Source of the DNA: Antedon mediterranea
Taxonomy: Eukaryota; Animalia; Echinodermata
Assembly: GCF_964355755.1 (NCBI RefSeq)
Contig: NC_092677.1
Span: 24,229,175 to 24,293,174, forward strand
Reading direction: 5' to 3'
DNA: 64,000 bases
A model generated the notes under the pieces. The model saw only the letters and a list, made by a program, of their open reading frames with translations, was not told the DNA's origin and made no database searches. Shown here piece after piece: positions 51,501 to 64,000 of this stretch. Position 1 is the stretch's first letter. Each line of letters starts with the position of its first letter. The translations under genes were made by a program, and so were the position numbers.

Positions 51501-53285
51501 GTTGGCCATTTTTTGAAAAAAAATTCCTTTGGTCCCCCGCATGGAAATTTTTAAAAAATGGCCAAATTTCGACCCTTTTATTTTTTAACATAACTAGTTA
51601 CTATGGCTCTATAAGATGATGTTAGCAAAATATATGTGTATAAATTGCAATATTATAGCATAATTTGTGAATTATAAAAAGTGGAAATTTTGGCAATTTT
51701 TCGAAAAAAAATCCTATGGTCCCCCACAGGGAAATTTTCAAAAAATGGAAAAATTTCGACCCTTTTATTTTTTGACATAACTAGTTACTATGGCTCTATA
51801 AGATGATGTTAACAAAATATATGTGTATAAATGGCAATATTATAGCATAATTTTTGAATTATAAAAAGTGGAAATTTTGGCCATTTTTCGAAAAAAAAAT
51901 CCTATGGTCCCCCGCAGGGAAATTTTCAAAAAATGGAAAAATTTCGACCCTTTTATTTTTTGACATAACTAGTTACTATGGCTCTATAAGATGATGTTAG
52001 CAAAATATATGTGTATAAATAGCAATATTATAGCATAATTATTAAATTTTAAAAAGTGGAAAATTTTTTTCATTTTTCGACACTTTTATTTTTTTGCCAT
52101 AACTAGTTACTATGGCTCTATAAAATGATGTTAGCAAAATATATGTGTATAATTGGCAATATTATAGCATAATTTTTCGAATTTTAAAAAGTGGAAATGT
52201 TGGCCATTTTTTGAAAAAAAATTTCTTTGGTCCCCCGCATGGAAATTTTTAAAAAATGGCCAAATTTCGACCCTTTTATTTTTTGACATAACTAGTTACT
52301 ATGGCTCTATAAGATGATGTTAGCAAAATATATGTGTATAAATTGCAATATTATAGCATAATTTTTGAATTATAAAAAGTGGAAAAAAAAAAATCCTATG
52401 GTCCCCCACAGGGAAATTTTCAAAAAATGGAAAAATTTCGACCCTTTTATTTTTTGACATAACTAGTTACTATGGCTCTATAAGATGATGTTAGCAAAAT
52501 ATATGTGTATAAATGGCAATATTATAGCATAATTATTTAATTTTAAAAAGTGGAAAATTTTGTCATTTTTCGACACTTTTATTTTTTGGCCATAACTAGT
52601 TACTATGGCTCTATAAAATGATGTTAGCAAAATATATGTGTATAATTGGCCACATTATAGCATAATTTTTCGAATTTTAAAAAGTGGAAATGTTGGCCAT
52701 TTTTTGAAAAAAAATTCCTTTGGTCCCCCGCATGGAAATTTTTAAAAAATTGCCAAATTTCGACCCTTTTATTTTTTGACATAACTAGTTACTATGGCTC
52801 TATAAGATGATGTTAGCAAAATATATGTGTATAAATTGCAATATTATAGCATAATTTTTGAATTATAAAAAGTGGAAATTTAGGCAATTTTTCGGAAAAA
52901 AAATCCTATGGTCCCCCGCAGGGAAATTTTCAAAAAATGGCCAAATTTCGACCCTTTTATTTTTTGACATAACTAGTTACTATGGCTCTATAAGATGATG
53001 TTAGCAAAATATATGTGTATAAATGGCAATATTATAGCATAATTATTTAATTTTAAAAAGTGGAAAATTTTGTCATTTTTCGACACTTTTATTTTTTTGC
53101 CATAACTAGTTACTATGGCTCTATAAAATGATGTTAGCAAAATATATATGTATAATTGGCAATATTATAGCATAATTTTCGAATTTTAAAAAGTGGAAAT
53201 GTTGGCCATTTTTCGAAAAAAATTTCCTTTTTTTCAAAAAATGGAAAAATTTCGACCCTTTTATTTTTTGACATAACTAGTTACT

Positions 53286-53978
53286 ATAAGATAAGATAAG
53301 ATAAGATAACTTTTATTGATCCTCAAAAAGGAAATTCATTGCTCGTCATAACAACAAAGAAAACACTTTAAAAACAAATATAGCATAAAACCATTCATAT
53401 AAAAACATCTAAAAAATTACAATATAAAATTATCTTCTTGACTTCCTGTTGTACTGGATGATACCGGAGGGAATAAAGGATTTAGCAAATCGATTTGTTT
53501 TCACACTGAGGAGCCTCAATCTACCACTTGGATTAAGTTGGTCTATGATCACTTTGTGGAGAGGATGAGAGGCATCCGACTCAATGCGTTCGAAATCTTT
53601 CTGGAGGTGTTCTAGGTGCACATCGGTAAAGGAAGGCAGTTCCAGACCAATCATTTTACCAGCCCGACGGATGAAAGTTTCAAGGCGTCCTTTATTCCCT
53701 CCGGTAACATTACCAGCCCAACAGGAGAGGCAATACGTCCAAACACTACATATAACGGATCTATAGAACGAAAGTAACATCAAATCACAGGAGTTAAATT
53801 TATATAAAGTTCTCATACAATACATTTTGGGACTTAATTTTTTGCTGATGAAGTCTATATGGTCTCCCCAACTCAGTTTATCATTGAAAACAATTCCTAG
53901 ATACTTGTACTGGTCAACAATTTCAATTTCTTTACCTTTGATAGTGATTGGTTGAAAATTAAATTTATGTTTAATTAT
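53286..53978 (-). mobile_element. 5'-truncated non-LTR retrotransposon (Rex1/Babar-like) with RT C-terminal region, 3' UTR and (TCTTA)n tail
   Basis: Open frame ..EIVDQYKYLGIVFNDKLSWGDHI..FYRSVICSVWTYCLSCWAGN..RRAGKMIG..DASHPLH..RFAKSFIP to the stop at 53430; AATAAA-like signal, then a pentamer tail at 53286-53309. Confidence 0.85.
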
Positions 53979-56900
53979 TTACACTTTTATTTTTTTGCCA
54001 TAACTAGTTACTATGGCTCTATAAAACGATGTTAGCAAAATATATGTGTATAATTGGCAATATTATAGCATATTTTTTCGAATTTTAAAAAGTGGAAATG
54101 TTGGCCATTTTTCCAAAAAAAATTCCTTTGGTCCCCCACAGGGAAATTTTTGAAAAATTGCCAAATTTCGACCCTTTTATTTTTTAACATAACTAGTTAC
54201 TATGGCTCTATAAGATGATGTTAGCAGAATATATGTATATAAATGGCAATATTATAGCATAATTTTTGAATTATAAAAAGTGGAAATTTTGGCCATTTTT
54301 CGAAAAAAAATTCCTATGGTCCCCCGCAGGGAAATTTTCAAAAAATGGAAAAATTTCGACCCTTTTATTTGTTGACATAACTAGTTACTATGGCTCTATA
54401 AGATGATGTTAGCAAAATATATGTGTATAAATGGCAATATTATAGCATAATTATTTAATTTTAAAAAGTGGAAAATCTTTTTCATTTTTCGACACTTTTA
54501 TTTTTTTGCCATAACTAGTTACTATGGCTCTATAAAATGATGTTAGCAAAATATATGTGTATAATTGGCAATATTATAGCATAATTTTTCGAATTTTAAA
54601 AAGTGGAAATGTTGGCCATTTTTTGAAAGAAAATTCCTTTGTCCCCCGCATGGAAATTTTTAAAAAATGGCCAAATTTCGACCCTTTTATTTTTTGACAT
54701 AACTAGTTACTATGGCTCTATAAGATGATGTTAGCAAAATATATGTGTATAAATGACAATATTGTAGCATAATTATTGAATTTAAAAAAGTGGAAAATTT
54801 AGCCATTTTCCAAAAAAAAAAATCCTATGATCCTCCGCAGGGAAGTTTTTGAAAAATGTCCAAATTTCGACCTTATTATGTTTTGCCATGGCTCTATAAG
54901 AAGATGTTAGCACAATATATGTGCTTAAATGGCAATATTATAGCATATTTTTTGAATTTTAAAAAGTGGTTATTTTGTCAATTTTTCAAAAAAAAATCCT
55001 ATGGTCCCCCGCAGAGAAATTTTCGAAAAATTGCCAATTTTCGACCCTTTTTTTAAAAAAATAACTAGTTACTATGGCTCTATAAAATGATGTTAGCACA
55101 ATATATGTGCATAAATGTCAATATTATAGCATAATTTTCAAATTTTGAAAAGTGCAAATTTTGGCAATTTTTCGAAAAAAAATCCTATGGTCCCCCGCAG
55201 GGAAATTTTCGAAAAATGGCCAAATTTCGACCTTATTATTTTTTGCCATAACTAGTTACTATGGCTCTATAAGATGATGTTAGCACAATATATGTGCATT
55301 ATTGGCAACATTATAGAATAATTATTGAATTTAAAAAGGTGGACAATTTTGTCATTTTATCGAGAAAAAAATCCAATGGTCCCCTGCAGGAAATTTTTTG
55401 AAAAATGGCCAAATTTTTTCGAGCCTATTATTTGTTGACATAACTAGTTACTATGGCTCTATAAGATGATGTTAGCACAATATATGTGCATAAATGCCAA
55501 TATTATAGCATAATTTTTGAATTTAAAAAAATGGAAATTCTGGCCTTTTTTTTGACAAAAAATTCTATGGTCCCCTGTAGGGAAATTTTTCGAAAAATGG
55601 AAAAATTTCGACCCTTCTATTAGATGATGTTGACACAATATATGTGTATAAATGACAATATTATAGCATAATTGTTTAATTTTAAAAAGTGGAAAATTTT
55701 GACATTTTTCGACACTTTTATTTTTTTGACATAACTAGTTACTATGGCTCTATAAAATGATGTTAGCACAATATATGTTTATAAATGGCAATATTATAGC
55801 ATAATTTTACGAATTTAAAAAATTGCAAATTTTTGCCATTTTTCGAAAAAGAAAATCTTATGGTCCCCCACAGGGAAATTTTCGAAAAATGACCAAATTT
55901 CGACCCTACTATTTTTTGACATAAGTAGTTACTATGGCTCTATAAGATGATGTTAACACAATATATGTGCATAAATGGTAATGTTATAGCGTAATTATTG
56001 AATTTTTATCGAAAAAAAAATCCCCGCAGGAATATTTCTAAAAATGGACAAATTTCGAGCCTATTATTTTTTGACATAACTAGTTACTATGACTGTATTA
56101 GATGATGTTAGCACAATATATGTGCATAAATGGCAATATTATAGCATAATTTTTGAATTTTAAAAATTTCAAAAATGTTGGCCTTTTTTCGAAATAAAAC
56201 CCTTTGGTCCCCCGCAGGGAAATTTTTCGAAAATGGCCAAATTTCGATCTTTTTATTTTTTGACATAACTAGTTACTATGGCTCTTTAAGATGATGTTAG
56301 CAAAATATATGTGTATAAATGGCAATATTATAGCATAATTATTTAATCTTAAAAAATGAAAAATGTTCCCATTTTTCGACCCTTTTATTTTTTGACATAA
56401 CTAATTACTATAGCTCTATAAGATTATGTTAGCAAAATGTATAAATGGCAATATTATAGCATAATTTTTGAATTTAAAAAAATGGAAATTTTGGCAATAA
56501 TGGGTTCTGCGCATGTCAATTGTAACAAATATTATCGAAAAATAAAAATTTCGAAAATTTGCAATTTTCCGAAAAAAATACCTGTACTATATAGTACAGA
56601 GACATTTTCGAAAAATTGCCAATTTTCGAACCCTTTAATTGTTGACATAAATTCTATCTATAGCATAATAAACATGCGCAGAGTCGAATAATAGGTTCTG
56701 CGCATGTCAATTGTGCTATATTAACCAGTTTTATCGAAAAATAAAAATGTCGAAAATTTGCAATTTTTCGAAAAAATCCCTGTACAGTACTATAGTAAGG
56801 GAAATTTTCAAAAAAATTGCCAATTTTCGACCCTTTTATTTTTTGAAGTAAATGGTTACTATAGCATAATAAACATCCACAGAGTCGAATAATGGGTTCT

Positions 56901-57537
56901 GCGCATGTCAATTGTGCTTCTTATCCAGATAGACTTCTTTTTTAGATTACTTTCAAACTAAATGAAGGGATCAGCTATGTTCCCGTCCGTAGAAATTGTT
57001 TTTTTCCATGATTTGAATAATCTTCTAATGTAAAGATCATCAACATTTTCAACAGTGTGGCGTGTTTACCGCGAATGACTAACTTCCCTATTACACCTGC
57101 ACAAACTCATTTGCATAACAACGCAGGGCTTACCAAACTGTTTAAAATAAGTACAAGGTCCCCAGAAATGACACCTATTGTATTTTGAAACATGATATAT
57201 AAGAGTCTTCACTACCCCACCGTGATTGGGGCTAAGCAAAGACAATTTTGAAAAAATATTTATTGAAATATGAAGTTAAGTATTAAGTCTCCAGTTAAGC
57301 TCACCATGGTTGAGGCAGAGCTAAGAATGAAAGCTTATTCCCCGGAAATTATGAAAAGAAATATATAAGTCTTCAGGACCAGCCATACATTGGTGATTGT
57401 TTCCCAAGTGTGAGACATGCAAATGCACGCGGCCGTGACGTTAATTCAACAAAACAAAATTATGAAATACAAACAGAGCAAGCACAAAAAAGCCTACTTA
57501 CTAATTTTAATATTTCTATAATTTAGAAACAATTACA

Positions 57538-58065
57538 ACTAGAGGGTACTCCGAGAGTACAAACCTCCGCCTACTGTAAAATTCCCCTACATAAAATTCC
57601 CCCTGAATATTTTTTTTTTTACATTTTTTTTATTAGTTTTATTAGTGTAAATATGTTAACTGCACACTACAAAATTGTGGATGACAGTGTGGTGTAATGG
57701 TTATGTATCCAGCCTCTCACAGTTGAGATCGCTGGTTCGAGTCCTACTGAGGGTTTTTTTTTTTATTATTTTTTTTAATTTATTTTTTTTTTTTTGTGGA
57801 CCTTGATCTTTGACCCTGACCCTTCAAAATTTAACCACAATTATATGATGTGTCATTGATCATTGTGGCTAAGTTTGGTGAGAATCGGATCAAAACTGTG
57901 GTCTCTAGGCAGTAAAATAGTTTTTTGTTAGTTGTGACCTTGACCTATGACCTTTCCTCCTCAAATTCGAACTCGTCCGAGCTTTTTGGGCATAGATCAT
58001 TGTGTCCAAATTTGGTTAGAATCGGATAAAAACTGTGGCCTCCAGGCTGTTCACAGACACACACA

Positions 58066-58101
<36 letters not shown>

Positions 58102-58139
58102 TACAGGGGTGAAAACATAACCTCCTTGGCGGAGGTAAT
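57538..58139 (-). mobile_element. Non-autonomous Helentron/DINE-1-like element
   Basis: Minus strand: ATTACCTCCGCCAAGGAGGT hairpin, (GT)n microsatellite, subterminal GGCGGAGGT inverted copy, stem-loop gtactctcggagtac and CTAGT end. Confidence 0.75.
57683..57755 (+). pseudogene. tRNA-derived (Glu-CTC-like) segment with Pol III A and B boxes; not a functional tRNA
   Basis: A-box TGGTGTAATGG 57690-57700, loop CTCTCAC, B-box GGTTCGAGTCC 57734-57744, followed by a T-run; acceptor and anticodon stems pair poorly. Confidence 0.6.
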
Positions 58140-58444
58140 TATCACCTTTGATAATTATAATGTTAAATTTCAACTACTATCCAGATGCGAATTTTAGGTG
58201 GGGTTTTAAAAAACTTGACTTCATATGCTTCAATTTCGAAGATCTGCCTAAAACATATTTATTTATTTATTCTACCATAAATTTTTATTCACAACATAGT
58301 ATTAGTAGGCCTGCAATACAATATCTTGCATGAAACGGATATTTAAAAATACACTATAATGTGTAACGGTAGAATTATAATTATAATGTAAAAGATTAAC
58401 AAAATAAAAATTTAACAGTGTTGTGTGTTGATCGCGAATGAATA

Positions 58445-61400
58445 CAAATTCTATCTCTTTTATTGCTACTTTCCTTTTCTAAAATCATCAGTGTTAATTT
58501 TAATATGAAGAGCTAATGCTATTAAATTTTGTTACTTAAAGGTAGCATTTTTTGTATAGAGATTATATCGACAGCCTCATAAAAAAGGTGTCTAAGTCAT
58601 AATTTTGTTTTGTTTTTCTGCCTAACTCACTGCTTATATCAATATAGTATATTTGTTGTGTTTCTGCCCAAGTCAGCTGTGTGACTTAGGCAATTAAGGA
58701 GAGCTGACTTATGATCTGCTTAACTCACTGCCCTCTGCACATTATCTGAGTGCTTTGATATACATTTGCACATGCTCAGATCGTTTTTTGTGTTTCTGCC
58801 TAAGTCAGCTGTGTGACTTAGGCAATTAAGGAGAGTAGACTCAAGATTTTTTTAATAAAATAAGAAATACATTTTTATAGTATATTTTTTAACCCATTTG
58901 TTACAAATTCTTTCGCTTTTATTGCTACTTTCCTTTTCTAAAACCATCACTGTTAATTTTAATCTGAAGAGCTGATGCTATTAAATTTTGTTACTTAAAT
59001 GTAGCATTTTTTGTATATAGATGATATCGACAGCCTCATAACAAAAGTGTCTATATAAGTCATAATTTTTGTTTTGTTTTTCTGCCTAACTCACTGCTTA
59101 TATCAATATACTATATTTTTAGTGTTTCTGCCTAAGTCAGCTGTGGGACTTAGGCAATTAAGGAGAACTGACTTATGATCTGCCTAACTCACTGCTTATA
59201 TCTTTATACTGCCCTCTGTACACATTATCTGAGTGCTTTCATATACATTCGCACATGCTCAGATCGTTTTTTTTGTTTTTTTTGCCTAAGTCAGCTGTGT
59301 GACTTAGGCAATTAAGGAAAGGAGACTCATGATTTTTTAAATAAAATAAGAAATACAGTTTTATAGTATATTTTTAAACCCATTTGTTACAAATTCTTTC
59401 TCTTTTATTGCTACTTTCCTTTTCTAAATCATCAGTGTTAATTTTAATCTGAAGAGCTAATGCTATTAAATGTTGTTACTTAAAGGTAGCATTTTTTGTA
59501 TGTAGATGATATCGACAGCCTCATAACAAAAGTGTCGAAGTCATAATTTGTTTTTTTGTTTTTCTGCCTAACTCACTGCTTATATCAATATACTATATTT
59601 TTTGTGTTTCTGCCTAAGTCAGCTGTGTGACTTAGGCAATTAAGGAGAGCTGACTTATGATCTGCCTAACTCACTGCTTATATCATTATACTGCCCTCTG
59701 TACATTATCTGCGTGCTGTTATATACATTTGCACATGCTCAGATCGTTTTTTTGTGTTTCTGCCTAAGTCAGCTGTGTGACTTAGGCAATTAAGGAGAGG
59801 AGACTGATGATTTTTAAAATAAAATAAGAAATACATTTTTATAGTATATTTTTAACCCATTTGTTACAAATTCTTTCGCTTTTATTTCTACTTTCCTTTT
59901 CTAAAATCATCAGTGTTAATTTTAATCTGAAGAGCTAATGCTATTAAAATTTGTTACTTAAAGGTAGCATTTTTTGTATGTAGATGATATCGACAGCCTC
60001 ATAACAAAAGTGTCTAAGTCATAATTTGTTTTTTGTTTTTCTGCCTAACTCACTGCTTATATCAATATACTATATTTTTTGTGTTTCTGCCTAAGTCAGC
60101 TGTGTGACTTAGGCAATTAAAGAGAGCTGACTTATGATCTGCCTAACTCACTGCTTATATCATTATACTGCCCTCTGTACATTATCTGCGTGCTGTTATA
60201 TACATTTGCACATGCTCAGATCGTTTTTTTGTGTTTCTGCCTCAGTCAGCTGTGTGACTTAGGCAATTAAGGAGAGGAGACTGATGATTTTTAAAATAAA
60301 ATAAGAAATACATTTTTATAGTATATTTTTTAACCCATTTGTTACAAATTCTTTCGCTTTTATTTCTACTTTCCTTTTCTAAAATCATCAGTGTTAATTT
60401 AATAAGTAGCATTTTTTGTATGTAGATGATATCGACAGCCTCATAACAAAAGATTCGAAGTCATAATTTGTTTTTTATTTTTCTGCCTAACTCACTGCTT
60501 ATAACAGTATACTATATTTTTTGTGTTTCTGCCTAAGTCAGCTGTGTGACTTAGGCAATTAAGGAGAGCTGACTTATGATCTGCCTAACTCACTGCTTAT
60601 ATCATTATACTGCCCTCTGTACATTATCTGCGTGCTGTTATATACATTTGCACATGCTCAGATCGTTTTTTTGTGTTTCTGCCTCAGTCAGCTGTGTGAC
60701 TTAGGCAATTAAGGAGAGGAGACTGATGATTTTTAAAATAAAATAAGAAATACATTTTTATAGTATATTTTTTAACCCATTTGTTACAAATTCTTTCGCT
60801 TTTATTTCTACTTTCCTTTTCTAAAATCATCAGTGTTAATTTTAATCTGAAGAGCTAATGCTATTAAATTTTGTTACTTAAAGGTAGTATTTTTTGTATG
60901 TAGATGATATCGACAGCCTCATAACAAAAGTGTCGAAGTCATAATTTGTTTTTTGTTTTTCTGCCTAACTCACTGCTTATATCAATATACTATATTTTTT
61001 TGTGTTTCTGCCTAAGTCACACAGCTGACTTAGGCAATTAAGGAGAGCTGACTTATCATCTGCCTAACTCACTGCTTATATCTTTATACTGCGCTCTGTA
61101 CATTATCTGAGTGCTTTTATATACATTTGCACATGCTCAGATCGTTTTTTTTTGTGTTTCTGCCCAAGTCAGCTGTGTGACTTAGGCAATTAAGGAGAGC
61201 TGACTTATCATCTGCCTAACTCACTGCTTATATCAATATACTATATTTTTTTGTTTTTCTGCCTAAGTCAGCTGTGTGACTTAGGCAATTAAGGAGAGCT
61301 GACTTATGATCTGCCTAACTCACTGCTTATATCATTATACTGCCCTCTGTACATTATCTGCGTGCTGTTATATACATTTGCACATGCTCAGATCGTTTTT

Positions 61401-64000
61401 TTGTGTTTCTGCCTAAGTCAGCTGTGTGACTTAGGCAATTAAGAAGAGGAGACTGATGATTTTTAAAATAAAATAAGAAATACATTTTTATAGTATATTT
61501 TTAACCCATTTGTTACAAATTCTTTCGCTTTTATTTCTACTTTCCTTTTCTAAAATCATCAGTGTTAATTTTAATCTGAAGAGCTAATGCTATTAAATTT
61601 TGTTACTTAAAGGTAGCATTTTTTGTATGTAGATGATATCGACAGCCTCATAACAAAAGTGTCTAAGTCATAATTTGTTTTTTGTTTTTCTGCCTAACTC
61701 ACTGCTTATATCAATATACTATATTTTTTGTGTTTCTGCCTAAGTCAGCTGTGTGACTTAGGCAATTAAAGAGAGCTGACTTATGATCTGCCTAACTCAC
61801 TGCTTATATCATTATACTGCCCTCTGTACATTATCTGCGTGCTGTTATATACATTTGCACATGCTCAGATCGTTTTTTTGTGTTTCTGCCTAAGTCAGCT
61901 GTGTGACTTAGGCAATTAAGGAGAGGAGACTGATGATTTTTAAAATAAAATAAGAAATACATTTTTTATAGTATATTTTTTAACCCATTTGTTACAAATT
62001 CTTTCGCTTTTATTTCTACTTTCCTTTTCTAAAATCATCAGTGTTAATTTTAATCTGAAGAGCTAATGCTATTAAATTTTGTTACTTAAAGGTAGCATTT
62101 TTTGTATGTAGATGATATCGACAGCCTCATAACAAAAGTGTCGAAGTCATAATTTGTTTTTTGTTTTTCTGCCTAACTCACTGCTTATATCAATATACTA
62201 TATTTTTTGTGTTTCTGCCTAAGTCAGCTGTGTGACTTAGGCAATTAAGGAGAGCTGACTTATGATCTGCCTAACTCACTGCTTATATCATTATACTGCC
62301 CTCTGTACATTATCTGCGTGCTGTTATATACATTTGCACATGCTCAGATCGTTTTTTTGTGTTTCTGCCTAAGTCAGCTGTGTGACTTAGGCAATTAAGG
62401 AGAGGAGACTGATGATTTTTAAAATAAAATAAGAAATACATTTTTATAGTATATTTTTTAACCCATTTGTTACAAATTTTTTCGCTTTTATTTCTACTTT
62501 CCTTTCTAAAATCATCAGTGTTAATTTTAATCTGAAGAGCTAATGCTATTAAATTTTGTTACTTAAAGGTAGCATTTTTTGTATGTAGATGATATCGACA
62601 GCCTCATAACAAAAGTGTCGAAGTCATAATTTGTTTTTTGTTTTTCTGCCTAACTCACTGCTTATATCAATATACTATATTTTTTGTGTTTCTGCCTAAG
62701 TCAGCTGTGTGACTTAGGCAATTAAGGAGAGCTGACTTATGATCTGCCTAACTCACTGCTTTTATCATTATACTGCCCTCTGTACATTATCTGCGTGCTG
62801 TTATATACATTTGCACATGCTCAGATCGTTTTTTTGTGTTTCTGCCTTAGTCAGCTGTGTGACTTAGGCAATTAAGGAGAGGAGACTGATGATTTTTTAA
62901 ATAAAATAAGAAATACATTTTTATAGTATATTTTTTAACCCATTTGTTACAAATTCATTCGCTTTTATTTCTACTTTCCTTTTCTAAAACCATCATTGTT
63001 AATTTTAATATGAAGAGCTAATGCTATTAAATTTTGTTACTTAAAGGTAGCATTTTTTGTATAGAGATGATATCGACAGCCTCATAACAAAAGTGTCTAA
63101 GTCATAATTTGTTTTTTGTTTTTCTGCCTAACTCACTGCTTATATCAATATACTATATTTTTTGTGTTTCTGCCTAAGTCAGCTGTGTGACTTAGGCAAT
63201 TAAAGAGAGCTGACTTATGATCTGCCTAACTCACTGCTTATATCATTATACTGCCCTCTGTACATTATCTGCGTGCTGTTATATACATTTGCACATGCTC
63301 AGATCGTTTTTTTGTGTTTCTGCCTCAGTCAGCTGTGTGACTTAGGCAATTAAGGAGAGGAGACTGATGATTTTTAAAATAAAATAAGAAATACATTTTT
63401 ATAGTATATTTTTTAACCCATTTGTTACAAATTCTTTCGCTTTTATTTCTACTTTCCTTTTCTAAAATCATCAGTGTTAATTTAAGAAGTAGCATTTTTT
63501 GTATGTAGATGATATCGACAGCCTCATAACAAAAGATTCGAAGTCATAATTTGTTTTTTATATTTCTGCCTAACTCACTGCTTATAACAGTATACTATAT
63601 TTTTTGTGTTTCTGCCTAAGTCAGCTGTGTGACTTAGGCAATTAAGGAGAGCTGACTTATGATCTGCCTAACTCACTGCTTATATCATTATACTGCCCTC
63701 TGTACATTATCTTCGTGCTGTTATATACATTTGCACATGCTCAGATCGTTTTTTTGTGTTTCTGCCTCAGTCAGCTGTGTGACTTAGGCAATTAAGGAGA
63801 GGAGACTGATGATTTTTAAAATAAAATAAGAAATACATTTTTATAGTATATTTTTTAACCCATTTGTTACAAATTCTTTCGCTTTTATTTCTACTTTCCT
63901 TTTCTAAAATCATCAGTGTTAATTTTAATCTGAAGAGCTAATGCTATTAAATTTTGTTACTTAAAGGTAGTATTTTTTGTATGTAGATGATATCGACAGC
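58445..64000. repeat. Satellite array 2: ~478-bp monomer (variants ~442 and ~729 bp), running off the window end
   Basis: Anchor gatatcgacagcctc recurs near 59023, 59508, 59986, 60428, 60906, 61635, 62113, 62590, 63068, 63510. Each monomer has two TGCCTAAGTCA-gctgtg-TGACTTAGGCA palindromes. Confidence 0.97.

Larger units (their letters stand above)
33770..56920. repeat. Satellite array 1: ~187-189-bp and ~133-bp monomers in irregular higher-order arrangement, about 23 kb, with degenerate edges
   Basis: Anchor ataactagttactatggctctataagatgatgttagc recurs, e.g. at 38376, 38509, 38698, 38885 (133, 189 and 187 bp apart). The short monomer lacks the tcctatggtcccccgcagggaa core. Confidence 0.97.

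Noticed and set aside
33770-56920. Short ORFs in satellite 1 and the fold-back elements (e.g. MLTSSYRAIV.., FSHLW repeats)
   Set aside because: They are translations of tandem repeats with no protein-like signal.
57683-57755. Functional tRNA gene
   Set aside because: Acceptor and anticodon stems do not pair properly; kept only as a tRNA-derived segment.
58445-64000. CRISPR-like array of 28-bp palindromic repeats
   Set aside because: The intervening sequences repeat rather than being unique spacers, no cas genes are present, and the context is eukaryotic.
58480-64000. Hammerhead cores (CTGATGA, CTGAAGA) in satellite 2
   Set aside because: No credible stem II plus GAAA plus stem III and UH arrangement follows on either strand.

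Overview
AT-rich, intron-containing animal genomic DNA, probably an invertebrate; the species cannot be determined from the sequence. The left half (1-33 kb) is genic. It holds the last 9 coding exons of a GSE1-like gene (+), a complete GINS2/PSF2 gene (-) convergent with it, and a complete 17-exon anillin gene (+) head-to-head with GINS2 across a short CpG-rich promoter. Introns and intergenic DNA carry MITEs, TIR elements, Helentron-like elements, Deu-domain SINEs, minisatellites and four minimal hammerhead ribozyme motifs of Penelope type. The right half is satellite DNA. A ~23 kb array of ~188/133-bp monomers is interrupted by a MITE, inversions, two fold-back TGT..ACA elements and a truncated LINE. 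A ~478-bp satellite built on an 11-6-11 palindrome follows, with the 6-bp spacer inverted in one copy. All coordinates were read by eye and may be off by a few bases, and family assignments rest on recalled motifs rather than database searches.
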